Shown here one piece after another: positions 27,669-36,988 of a stretch of DNA of 64,000 nt. The stretch spans positions 743 through 64,742 of the forward strand of contig DAOUGM010000015.1 in the NCBI GenBank assembly GCA_034428895.1, read 5' to 3'. Position 1 is the first letter of the stretch, and each line of letters starts with the position of its first letter. The notes under the pieces were generated by a model. The model was not told where the DNA came from, searched no databases, and saw only the letters and a program-made list of their open reading frames with translations. The position numbers and the translations under genes were made by a program. The DNA is from Anaerolineaceae bacterium. GTDB lineage: Bacteria; Chloroflexota; Anaerolineae; Anaerolineales; Anaerolineaceae.

Positions 27669-28682
27669 TCAGAAAATATTAATCAGAGCAGGAACACCCT
27701 TTGTTAATACCCAATAAATTCCGGCGGCTAAAAGACCCGTTGCAGGGATGGTGAAAAGCCAGGCGGAAGCGATTTCTCCTGCAACATGCCAGCGCACTTT
27801 ACTGAAGCGCTCGGCTGCGCCCACCCCCATGATGGCGGAACTAACCACTTGGGTGGTGCTGACAGGTCCCCCCAGGAGGGAGGAAAATAAAACAACGACG
27901 GCTGCAGATGCCTGGGCTGAAAAACCATGAATGGGTCGAATTTTATAAAATTTGGAGCCAAGAGTCTTGATCAAGCTCCATCCGCCAATGGCTGTGCCGA
28001 TTGAAATTGCCAGGGCGCTGACCAAAATTACCCAAGGGAAAACAGTAAATTGCGTGGTGATTCCGCTGATCATCAACCCAAGAGCGATGATCCCCATCGA
28101 CTTTGGAGCATCATTGCTCCCCATGCCCAATGCCGGTCCGAGGGCGGTGAATATTTGCATTTTTTTAAATAACTCATTGGCCCGCGGAGTGGCTTTCCAA
28201 CACAAGAGCCTGACAATGTTGGCAAATAACCAACCCGCGAAAAATCCAAAAAATGGGGAGATAAAAAGGAAGATCAGGATTTTACCCAATCCTGCGATAT
28301 TGAGCACAGCAAATCCAGCCTTCATTGCAACTGCACCCAAAATTCCACCGATCAAGGCGTGAGAGGAACTGCTTGGTATACCAAGAATCCAGGTAACCAC
28401 GTTCCAAGCGATGGCACTCACAAGAGCAGCGATCAAGACCATCATGTTGATATGCTCGGAGGTCACAATTTCATTACCGATCGTGTCTGCGACCTTGACA
28501 CCGAAAACATACGGTCCGCAGAAGACTGCCACGGCGGTAAGCAGAAGCGCAAGCTGCGGCCGTATGGCGCGCGAGGATATCATGGTCGCCACGATATTAC
28601 TGGAATCATGAATACCGTTCAAAAAACTATATAGAAGCGCCAGGACGATTAAAATGATCAACAGCATGGGCATGTAGTACAT
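27669..28682 (-). CDS. pit: Inorganic phosphate transporter, PiT family
   Basis: 337 aa with the PHO4 signature FLNGIHDSSNIVATMISSRAI and a second repeat MGSNDAPKSMGII. Confidence 0.9.
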   Translation of the reverse strand: MYYMPMLLIILIVLALLYSFLNGIHDSSNIVATMISSRAIRPQLALLLTAVAVFCGPYVFGVKVADTIGNEIVTSEHINMMVLIAALVSAIAWNVVTWILGIPSSSSHALIGGILGAVAMKAGFAVLNIAGLGKILIFLFISPFFGFFAGWLFANIVRLLCWKATPRANELFKKMQIFTALGPALGMGSNDAPKSMGIIALGLMISGITTQFTVFPWVILVSALAISIGTAIGGWSLIKTLGSKFYKIRPIHGFSAQASAAVVVLFSSLLGGPVSTTQVVSSAIMGVGAAERFSKVRWHVAGEIASAWLFTIPATGLLAAGIYWVLTKGVPALINIF

Positions 28683-28686
28683 CCCT

Positions 28687-29307
28687 CTAGGTGGTCTTCA
28701 CAATGATATCTGCGATCACGTTCGCGGCCTCGTCACCGCGGTCAGCCGCGTTGCTCAGGTGCCGGTAGACCTCGCGTAATTTCATGATCTTCACGATGGT
28801 TGGAACATCATTTACATCGGTGAACAGGTCAGCCAGGGCCTCACGATAGACTGCCTCCACCTGATTTTCAAGTGCTTTCGCACGGCGCGCATGTTCCTGC
28901 GCTACACCCGGATGATCGGTCAAGCGGTCGATCGCGCTCAGCAATTCAAAGGTGGCGTCCCGCAAAAGGGTGCAGATCTGCACCATGTACTTGGTGGTAT
29001 CCACCTTCAGGATCACGATCTCAGTCATGGTACTGTAGGCATAATCCAAAATGTCATCGATGGCACGCGAAAGGGCGAAGATATCTTCACGGTCGAAAGG
29101 CGTGATAAACGTACGGTTCAACTCATCGATCAAGATGCGGCGCGATTCGTCGGCTTCTTTTTCCTTGGCGGTCAATTCATCCGCCAGCGATTTGGCAGGA
29201 AACAATATATAAGATTTCAACAGTTCTATCCCTTCAAGGGTGAGGGATGCCTGCTCGTGGATGAGGTGAATAAAGATATTGCGGCGTTTCTTGAAGATCT
29301 TAAACAT
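28687..29307 (-). CDS. DUF47 / PhoU-like phosphate transport regulator (PiT-associated)
   Basis: 206 aa, helical, with the typical partner position immediately upstream of pit (4-nt gap). Confidence 0.8.
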   Translation of the reverse strand: MFKIFKKRRNIFIHLIHEQASLTLEGIELLKSYILFPAKSLADELTAKEKEADESRRILIDELNRTFITPFDREDIFALSRAIDDILDYAYSTMTEIVILKVDTTKYMVQICTLLRDATFELLSAIDRLTDHPGVAQEHARRAKALENQVEAVYREALADLFTDVNDVPTIVKIMKLREVYRHLSNAADRGDEAANVIADIIVKTT

Positions 29308-29328
29308 TTTCCTTCCTCCTACTCTTTC

Positions 29329-31038
29329 CTAGATTCTTTCAACGCAGCCGGCGCTCACGAGGAATTCCATTCCCTGACGCAGTTGCTCAATGGATAGACC
29401 CGGTTCAACTTCCAGTGTACGGCATGCCGTGACCGGCAGGTAACGGGCAACCATGCGGAAATCCACGTCGCCGGTCCCCGGCTGCTGGTGGTCGGTGATC
29501 CCTTTTACATCATGCAAATGTGTACCGACGATGCGATGCCCAAACCACCTGAGCCAATCTTCATGATCGCACAATCCCAGGGCGCTCAAGGTCTGCGCAT
29601 GCCCCGTGTCGTACTGAAACCCGAACCAGCTTTCCTCGCAGAGGTTCAACAGCTTTTCCATCTCACCCGGGATGGGAATATCATAATATCGATAACGATT
29701 TTCCAACCCGATTTTCAACCCGCAGGAACGGGAAAAATCGATCACTTCCTGGATGCTTTTCAGCACCTGATCCAAATGCGGACCAGCCACTTGGGCACGG
29801 TGGGTTATCAACTCATTTTTCAGTTGTTCATATTCTCGCGTGTTTTTCAGTCCTTGTTTATACAACTCTCTCAGCCGCCGGTCGCGCGAGCGGTCTCCCA
29901 TGATCATACCCGGATGAATGACGACACTTTTCGAACCCAGATGGTATGCCAGGTCGATCGATCTCTTGATGATGTCGACACCTTTAATGCGCCGGTCTTC
30001 CTCCAGTGAGGATACCTGGTAGTCATTCACCTTGATGTCGTCTACAGTATAAACTGCCGGGCAGGGATCGTGAACGGTTGAAATATAAAAGCGGTCCTTG
30101 TCCCATTGCTCGAATAATGCGGGAACGACCTTGTGGTTGAGTTCAAAGCGGCCAAAACCAGCCAAACGGGCTTGATAAAATGTATCGTTGAAAGGAATAG
30201 ATTGATCGATACCCCACATGGTGGAAAGAGCGGCGTCGAACAGGGAAACCGGTTCGATAGGAGTAGAACTAGCAGAAGTGGTTTTTACTCCTGGATAGAT
30301 ATCCAGCAATTCACTTAAACGCCGAATCGAATGATCGGGTTTCGGCAGCAGATGTCCGTCTTTTTCCGGTTCAAAATCATCCAAATCGGTTTCATCAGAG
30401 TCATACCCTTCGGCATTGATCAGCACTGCCTGACCGTAATTCGATTGGCGCGCGCCCAGCAAGTCCCTCGAAGGGCGGTCGCCAACATAAACGCACTCTT
30501 GCGGGTGAACCCCGGTTAATCGGGCGGCTTCCAGGAATAGGGAAGGATGAGGTTTTCGGCGACCGAAAACGCAGGACAGGATGACGCAGGAAAAGAGATC
30601 GGCAAGCCCTGTTTCGGCCAGGATCTGGTATGCCTCCACGGAAGAGGTTGTGTTGCTGATCAACCCCAGTTTATAACCGCGCTTCGACAGGGCGCGCATC
30701 GTTTCCGCCATATCAGGCAGAAGACGCTTTTCATTCGATTCGCGCCACATCTGGTTGATCTTGACTGCATTTTCTCGAATAAAATCGACTGGATGGTCGG
30801 GCAGTAAAAACCGTGACCAAAGGTCAGCCTCGGCAAGCTCAAGGTAGGCAGGTTTGCTCCAACGGCGGTAGGCTTTTTCTCCCTTATGGATGCGTGAGAT
30901 GAATTCCTCGGGGGAGGTTTTTTCTCCCAGGAAGACGATCAGTTCTTTGGTTTTTTCGAGGTTGCGGCCTTGCTGGGAATTCGAAACGCGCAGCGTGCCG
31001 CCGATATCAAAAAAGAGGGCTTTAATGGTTGATTGCAT
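29329..31038 (-). CDS. Fusion protein: HAD-like hydrolase domain (motif I DIGGT) plus xylose-isomerase-like TIM barrel (AP_endonuc_2 family)
   Basis: N-terminal part: FFDIGGTL, LGLISNT, RRKPHP, YVGDRPSRD. C-terminal part: IHPG, GLENRY, YDTGH, HLHD...DH..PGTGDVDF, as in sugar-phosphate isomerases/epimerases of this fold. Confidence 0.8.
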   Translation of the reverse strand: MQSTIKALFFDIGGTLRVSNSQQGRNLEKTKELIVFLGEKTSPEEFISRIHKGEKAYRRWSKPAYLELAEADLWSRFLLPDHPVDFIRENAVKINQMWRESNEKRLLPDMAETMRALSKRGYKLGLISNTTSSVEAYQILAETGLADLFSCVILSCVFGRRKPHPSLFLEAARLTGVHPQECVYVGDRPSRDLLGARQSNYGQAVLINAEGYDSDETDLDDFEPEKDGHLLPKPDHSIRRLSELLDIYPGVKTTSASSTPIEPVSLFDAALSTMWGIDQSIPFNDTFYQARLAGFGRFELNHKVVPALFEQWDKDRFYISTVHDPCPAVYTVDDIKVNDYQVSSLEEDRRIKGVDIIKRSIDLAYHLGSKSVVIHPGMIMGDRSRDRRLRELYKQGLKNTREYEQLKNELITHRAQVAGPHLDQVLKSIQEVIDFSRSCGLKIGLENRYRYYDIPIPGEMEKLLNLCEESWFGFQYDTGHAQTLSALGLCDHEDWLRWFGHRIVGTHLHDVKGITDHQQPGTGDVDFRMVARYLPVTACRTLEVEPGLSIEQLRQGMEFLVSAGCVERI

Positions 31039-31065
31039 GAGGACTCGTTTCTAAAAGTGATTGGT

Positions 31066-32496
31066 TCAATTTTTAAGGATTGATACTTCAAGAAGCTCGT
31101 TAAACGTATCTATATACACGTCTGCCACGGCATTCTGTTCATAATTGAAGGCGATGGTTTTCATGCCCACGGCCCTGGCACCCTCAAGTTCGTATGCCTT
31201 GTGCCCCACGAAGACGGCTTCTTCAGGGGGAATGCCTGTCTGCCGTATGGCTTCTTCATACATGATCGGATGCGGCTTTCGCATGCCCATTTCCTTTGAG
31301 CTGATGACTACGTCCCACACGCAGCCAAATCCGTGCTGGTCGAACCAGGCTAATTTCCTGGAGAAATGCATGGCTGTATCGGTGATGATGCCGAGGATGA
31401 AACCTTTTTCCTTCAAGCAGTTGATCGTTTCAGGCACCCCTTCGACGATGGCAACCGTGTCATCATCCTGCCGGATGGCTTTCATCCCTTCCTGGATTTC
31501 GTCGAGGTCAATAATTCCGTATAACCGGATCAATTTTTCGTAATACTCCCGGCGTTCGATCTTCCCGGAAAACGCCAGGTCTCTCAAGCGCATTCTTTCC
31601 GTTTCAAAATCGGGAACTGGTTGCAATATTTTACCTGAAAGATATGCTTTCAGGTGTTTTTCCTTTTCAGGCCGGTAATACAGGATATCACCGGCATCAA
31701 AGAATATGGCTTTGATCTTTCGTTCTGCGGCAGTGTGTGTTCCTCTCCGTTCCTTGTGGATTTCATTTTTCAGGATCGGCAGCAGCTCATTCATGTTATC
31801 GATCACGACATCAGGCACGGCGCCTTCATCTTTTTCTCCATCATCATACTGATGGCGAATTTGAATGGCCAGTTGAAACCCCGCCTTTTTTGCCCCCAAT
31901 ATGTCGCGGCTGATCTTGTCTCCGATATAGGCACACGCACCGGTGGGGAAATTTGCCAGCCTTGCCGCGTGATAGAAAATGGACGGATCGGGTTTCCGCC
32001 GTCCGTATTGCGAGGATAGTATGATCGGGTCAAAGTATTGCTTGACCCCGTAATTTTCCAAAGTTATGGGAACCTGTGTGAGACTTTGCGTGTTGCTGAT
32101 GCATCCAATGTGCAAACCAAATTTCTGAATTGCTGCCAGTACTTGCGGCAACTCCGGCCGCATCTCACGAATATAAAATTTCGCTTCATATAAGTAGGAT
32201 AGATCTTCGGATATTTTTTTTAGCGCGTGAAGATCGATCGGCAGGTCGTTGAAAACATACTTCGACCAAATTACAAAGGTCGGCAGCTCGATCCTGGAGG
32301 TGAAATTCCATTTCCGGTAGGCGCCGATGCCGTGAGAGATCAGATCAGTCAATTGCTGATCGTCCAATGGCAAAGAAATGCCGGTAGTTTCGAGGCATTC
32401 GCGAAAGAGGTGAACTCGACTCAAGCGAAATTCTTTGGTAAATCGGAAGCTCTCGATGGTTCCGCCCACATCAAAGAAAATCGCTTTTAGGTCCAT
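31066..32496 (-). CDS. Double HAD-domain protein (two tandem HAD-like domains)
   Basis: Domain 1: FFDVGGTI, IGCISNT, RRKPDP, YIGDKISRD. Domain 2: FFDAGDIL, LGIITDT, MRKPHP, FVGHKAYELEG (motif IV Asp replaced by His). Confidence 0.8.
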   Translation of the reverse strand: MDLKAIFFDVGGTIESFRFTKEFRLSRVHLFRECLETTGISLPLDDQQLTDLISHGIGAYRKWNFTSRIELPTFVIWSKYVFNDLPIDLHALKKISEDLSYLYEAKFYIREMRPELPQVLAAIQKFGLHIGCISNTQSLTQVPITLENYGVKQYFDPIILSSQYGRRKPDPSIFYHAARLANFPTGACAYIGDKISRDILGAKKAGFQLAIQIRHQYDDGEKDEGAVPDVVIDNMNELLPILKNEIHKERRGTHTAAERKIKAIFFDAGDILYYRPEKEKHLKAYLSGKILQPVPDFETERMRLRDLAFSGKIERREYYEKLIRLYGIIDLDEIQEGMKAIRQDDDTVAIVEGVPETINCLKEKGFILGIITDTAMHFSRKLAWFDQHGFGCVWDVVISSKEMGMRKPHPIMYEEAIRQTGIPPEEAVFVGHKAYELEGARAVGMKTIAFNYEQNAVADVYIDTFNELLEVSILKN

Positions 32497-32562
32497 TTGG
32501 TTTCTCCCAATAATCTGTTGTCAAAAAATCCAAAATTTTTCGAGTATCTATAATTCTGGTCG

Positions 32563-32594
32563 TCAGGCACGGACCTGATCAGATCCGTGCCTGA
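32563..32594 (-). other. Stem-loop between the SBP gene and the downstream HAD gene (mRNA stabiliser or partial terminator candidate)
   Basis: 11-bp stem: TCAGGCACGGA (32563-32573) pairs with TCCGTGCCTGA (32584-32594). There is no clear U-tract on the minus strand. Confidence 0.4.
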
Positions 32595-32623
32595 TATTTC
32601 GACCGATCGGTTGAATGGTGTGT

Positions 32624-33853
32624 TTACTTCGCCAGGTTGAGCAGATAGAAATCGCGTGCTTCGACCATGTGGTCATAAGTGTATTGTTCTGCGATCAACC
32701 AGGTCATCGACTGCATTTCTTCCAGGGTCTTTTGACCTTCAGGAACCACATAGGAGGTGTCGGGGAAGAAGGTTCCAAACTTGGCCCATGGCTTCCTGCC
32801 TTCTTCACTGGTCTGCCACTTGATCCACAATTTGGCTGCATTGGGGTGAGGAGCCTGGTTGATAATGCCCAGGTAGCTCTGGCTCTGAATACCCAGGACG
32901 GGGGTGATTCCCCAGCAGGGTTCAAACGCCAGATTTCCATCGAGAACATCAGGATAATTGGAATATGAACCCAGAGCCATATAGCTATCCTTCATTCCCG
33001 GGGTGGCGAAAGCCGTATCGACCTCATCGCCGCCCGGTTCGGGGATCGGACCGTTCTGGGCAAAGCGTTTCAACCACAGCCAGCCGGCATCCGGAGTATC
33101 CGCATCCAAGACAGGTTCGGACCCGTACAGCTCCACGTAGGCGGCTTTCAATTCGTCTGCATGATAGGCGATGGTAATGAGTTTGCTCAGGGTGGATGCA
33201 TCATTGAGAGGATCCTCGATGAAGAATTTGCCTTTCCACTCAGGATTGGTGAATTCCCAAATGTTCTTAACCGGGCAGGTTTCGTTCAGCTCAGAGTTGT
33301 AGGCGAACACGCTGGTGCCCAGGCGGCTCATCAATAACGGTTGTGTGTATTGCTCGGGGGTTACAGCAAGCAGGTTATCCGGAACGAAGCGCCAGACATA
33401 TTTTTTCGGCAGCACATTGCCGACAAGTTCCGCGCCGCCGCTGCTTGCCCAAACATCACCGGTGAAGGCGCCGGCTTTTTGCTCTTCGACTGTCTTGAGC
33501 AGCACATCGTCGCCGCCGAGGTCGAAGGCCTGTACTTTAATGCCGGGATATTTTTCCATGAAACCTTCCGCGGCTTTTTCGATCTTGGAGGTGTTCGCGT
33601 AAACCAGCACTTCACCTTCCGCAATGGCGGCTGCTTCGATGGCGGCCCAATCCTGGGCACCTGTATCATACGGGCCAAGCTGATTGGCTTTTAACCATTC
33701 CTCTTGAGGGGTGAGCGGGGCCTCGGTGGCCGGGGCTTCGGTAGCCGCAGGGGGCGCAGCAGTTTCTGCTGGAGGGGCGGCTGTTGGGGTGGCGCAGGCG
33801 GCCAGAAAACTGATCAACAGTACAAGCGTTACAAATCGAAACAACGTTTTCAT
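32624..33853 (-). CDS. ABC transporter substrate-binding lipoprotein, AfuA/FbpA-like family
   Basis: 409 aa with a signal peptide plus lipobox (LISFLAAC), then the linker ATPTAAPPAETAAPPAATEAPATEAP. The body resembles iron(III)/Afu-type periplasmic binding proteins. Confidence 0.8.
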   Translation of the reverse strand: MKTLFRFVTLVLLISFLAACATPTAAPPAETAAPPAATEAPATEAPLTPQEEWLKANQLGPYDTGAQDWAAIEAAAIAEGEVLVYANTSKIEKAAEGFMEKYPGIKVQAFDLGGDDVLLKTVEEQKAGAFTGDVWASSGGAELVGNVLPKKYVWRFVPDNLLAVTPEQYTQPLLMSRLGTSVFAYNSELNETCPVKNIWEFTNPEWKGKFFIEDPLNDASTLSKLITIAYHADELKAAYVELYGSEPVLDADTPDAGWLWLKRFAQNGPIPEPGGDEVDTAFATPGMKDSYMALGSYSNYPDVLDGNLAFEPCWGITPVLGIQSQSYLGIINQAPHPNAAKLWIKWQTSEEGRKPWAKFGTFFPDTSYVVPEGQKTLEEMQSMTWLIAEQYTYDHMVEARDFYLLNLAK

Positions 33854-33967
33854 TTACCTTCCTCCTTGAATGAATAGGAACAGGACTAACTTTTATTGAC
33901 CGATTGGACGAATCTTGTTTCCCTGAGTACCTCCTTTTTACCTGATGCAGGGACAATCTACTTTTAA

Positions 33968-35050
33968 TTATCCGGTGACTAAATTCCCGGATTCCTTGTC
34001 ATATAGATTGACCGCATCCTCATCAAACGACAGCCACACTTTTTGATCCATTTGGATTTTGCTGACACCCATTTCTCTGATGGTCAGCTCTGTGTCTCCC
34101 TTGCGGGCAACGATGGTGGTTTCAGCACCTGATGGTAATACTGAATAAGCCTGGAATTCGACTGCGCTCCTATTGGGAGTGATGTGAATTGTGATGTCTT
34201 CCGGGTGAATTCCAACGACAACGTCACCTGTCTTGCCGTATGTCCTTACCGGGACATTGAATTTTCCAATATCGACTTCATTTTTTCCGGATACCCAGCC
34301 TGGAAGCAAATTGACCTTTGGATTACCGATAAAATCTGCCACAAAGAGATTGGCCGGGCAGTGATAGATCCTGTCAGGAGAGTCGATTTGCTGGATGACG
34401 CCTTCTTTCATCACGGCGATGTTGCTTGACATGGTCATGGCCTCAACCTGGTCGTGGGTCACATAAACAGTAGTGGCTCCGGAAACATGATGCAGGCGTT
34501 TGATTTCTGTGCGCATATCCATTCTCAGGCGCGCATCGAGGTTGGATAGGGGTTCATCCATGAGAAATACCTTCGGTCGATATGCCAGCATGCGGGCCAG
34601 TGCGATACGCTGCTGCTGTCCGCCGCTCATCTCACGCGGATAACGGTCCTCATATCCGCTCATTTTTACTTCTTCCAGGGCTTCCTTGACCCGCTTGCTC
34701 ATTTCCTCTTTGCTCATTTTCTGCATTTCAAGGGCAAAGGTAATGTTCTTATAAACATTCATGTGAGGCCACAACGCATAATTCTGGAACACAAGACCGA
34801 GGTCGCGCTGACCGGGTGGAAGGGAGATGCCTTTGGAATGAGAATAGACCAGCTTGTTGCCGATCAGGATTTCTCCGTCATTGGGATCTTCGAGTCCGGC
34901 CAGGCAGCGCAGCAAGGTGGTCTTTCCGCAACCTGAAGGCCCGAGCAGTGTCAAGAAAGTTCCAGGGTCGATCGTCAACGAGACATCATTGACTGCCACA
35001 ACGTCGCCAAATTTTTTTGTGAGATTTTTAATAATGATGGGGGTTTCCAT
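33968..35050 (-). CDS. ABC transporter ATP-binding protein (FbpC/PotA/MalK type with C-terminal TOBE-like domain)
   Basis: 360 aa with Walker A GPSGCGKTT, signature MSGGQQQR, Walker B VFLMDEPLSNLD and H-loop YVTHDQ. Confidence 0.9.
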   Translation of the reverse strand: METPIIIKNLTKKFGDVVAVNDVSLTIDPGTFLTLLGPSGCGKTTLLRCLAGLEDPNDGEILIGNKLVYSHSKGISLPPGQRDLGLVFQNYALWPHMNVYKNITFALEMQKMSKEEMSKRVKEALEEVKMSGYEDRYPREMSGGQQQRIALARMLAYRPKVFLMDEPLSNLDARLRMDMRTEIKRLHHVSGATTVYVTHDQVEAMTMSSNIAVMKEGVIQQIDSPDRIYHCPANLFVADFIGNPKVNLLPGWVSGKNEVDIGKFNVPVRTYGKTGDVVVGIHPEDITIHITPNRSAVEFQAYSVLPSGAETTIVARKGDTELTIREMGVSKIQMDQKVWLSFDEDAVNLYDKESGNLVTG

Positions 35051-35062
35051 GATCCATTCTCC

Positions 35063-36898
35063 TTACATTCCAAGGCCTTTTTTCAGGCTGCCGCCACGGA
35101 AACGGCTGATAATAAAATTGCCGATCAGAACAAGAACGATCAGCAGGATGATGACCGCATCTGCCTGTTGTTCGTTGCCATTTTCAATGTATCTCATGGT
35201 CATACTGGCCAGAACTGCTGTGGTAGGAGTGACCAGCAGGATGATGAGGGATAGTTCGCGCATCGTGGTAATGAATGTCAGCAGGAAGCCCGACACAAAG
35301 CCGGTGCTGGTCAGCGGAAATATGACGCGCTTGAAGCGCTGCCAGGGGGAAGCCCCGGCAATGGCGGCTGCCTCCTCAAGCTCTTTGCTCACCTGCAGCA
35401 TGGCCGATACACCACTGCGCGCAGAATAGGGAATATGCTTGGCAACCGATACCACCACCAGCAGCGCAAAAGTGCCGTAAAGCGGTGGAATTGGCCCCAC
35501 AGATCTCGTAAACATCGAGATGTAAACTGCGCCGAAAGCAATGCCAGGGATGACATAGGGAATGAACGACATTTGCTCGACAATTTTGGATAACCTCGTA
35601 CCGCGCCCCTTAACGATCGCGTAGCCCAGGATCACGCCCAGTAATGCCGTGAAGAGGGCGGTCAGCAACGACAGCCGGATGGAGTTCCATGCGCCGCGCC
35701 AGATCCTGTTGTTCAACAGGATCCCGGGTTCTCCGTTATTGATCGAGATATCTCCTTTGCCGATCCAATGGGCTAAAGTGAAATTGCTCAGGCTGTAGTC
35801 GCCGGTGCGCAGCATCAGCGTGCTGTAGACCAGGAGAGCAAGGGGCAAAACTGCAATGATGAATTCGAACACAACTACGAGCGCAGTAAAGATGACCTTA
35901 AAATTACGCAGTTTTACCTTTTTTGCCATGAAACCACGCCCGCCAATGGTTTCGTAACTCTTCCTGGTGCCAACCAATTTCTGGTTGATCATGATGGTCA
36001 CCATGGCAAAAAGGATCAAGATGATGGCGAGTACGAACCCGTCTCCATAGTTGCCAATTCCGGTGTTGGAACGCAGCATGGTGGAAAGTGTGTAATATCC
36101 CACCGGAACGCCGAGCACGTTGGGGCCGCCAAAGGTCCCCATAGTCTTGGAAAAGGTCATAATGAATCCCGAGGCGATTGCCGGAATGACCAGTGGGAAG
36201 GTGATCTTTCTCATGATGCGCCAGCGTCCGGCGCCAGCCAGTTCCCCGGCTTCTTCAAGGGATGAATCGATCGATAAAAGCGCAGCAGAAACAAAAAGGA
36301 AGAAAAAGGTGTAATAATGCAATCCGCTGCTGACGATGATGGGGAATGGCCCGTATGCCAGCCAGTCTGGCGTTGGAGCCCCCGTGATGAACTCGAGAAA
36401 ACCGGGCGTCCCCCCCGATTTTTGGTTTTTGAACAGCACCGTCCAGGCCATGGCGATCGTCCAGGAGGGCATGATGTAGGGAATGGTTGCCAGCATGTTG
36501 ATAATGCCTTTTCCCGGCACGTCGGTGCGCACCACCATCCATGCCATCAGACCGCCAATGATCAGTGCCAGACCTGTTGCGCCCAGCGAAACAGTCACAG
36601 AATGCATGAGCGGCTCGTAGGTCATGATCCTGGCAATTTTGCTGGTCAACATCCTCAACCAGTGATACCAGGTAAAATCGCCTACATTTGCATCCTTGAG
36701 TACACGCAGGTCATTTTCCTGGACCGTGATCGTGGTCATGAGCATGCGGTAAAGGGGGATGATGACCATGTACACCATGACCGCCAGCATGATCAGGGAC
36801 AACACCACATGGGGGGAGGTTATCCAACGGAAGAACCTCCGCAGATAAGCCAGCCATTTCTCGGAAGAATCTTGTCTTGAGTCTGATAAAACAGCCAT
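35063..36898 (-). CDS. ABC transporter permease, fused double transmembrane domain (FbpB/AfuB-like)
   Basis: 611 aa with two BPD-type permease repeats, each carrying an EAA-like loop (LEEAGELAGAGRW.. and LEEAAAIAGASPW..). Confidence 0.9.
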   Translation of the reverse strand: MAVLSDSRQDSSEKWLAYLRRFFRWITSPHVVLSLIMLAVMVYMVIIPLYRMLMTTITVQENDLRVLKDANVGDFTWYHWLRMLTSKIARIMTYEPLMHSVTVSLGATGLALIIGGLMAWMVVRTDVPGKGIINMLATIPYIMPSWTIAMAWTVLFKNQKSGGTPGFLEFITGAPTPDWLAYGPFPIIVSSGLHYYTFFFLFVSAALLSIDSSLEEAGELAGAGRWRIMRKITFPLVIPAIASGFIMTFSKTMGTFGGPNVLGVPVGYYTLSTMLRSNTGIGNYGDGFVLAIILILFAMVTIMINQKLVGTRKSYETIGGRGFMAKKVKLRNFKVIFTALVVVFEFIIAVLPLALLVYSTLMLRTGDYSLSNFTLAHWIGKGDISINNGEPGILLNNRIWRGAWNSIRLSLLTALFTALLGVILGYAIVKGRGTRLSKIVEQMSFIPYVIPGIAFGAVYISMFTRSVGPIPPLYGTFALLVVVSVAKHIPYSARSGVSAMLQVSKELEEAAAIAGASPWQRFKRVIFPLTSTGFVSGFLLTFITTMRELSLIILLVTPTTAVLASMTMRYIENGNEQQADAVIILLIVLVLIGNFIISRFRGGSLKKGLGM

Positions 36899-36988
36899 CT
36901 GATTTCACCTCTCTTGCGTTGATACAAAGTGGAAAAGGAGCCACTAATCTTCGAATACAGGGGCGGTCAATCAGTCGTGCAAATCAGG

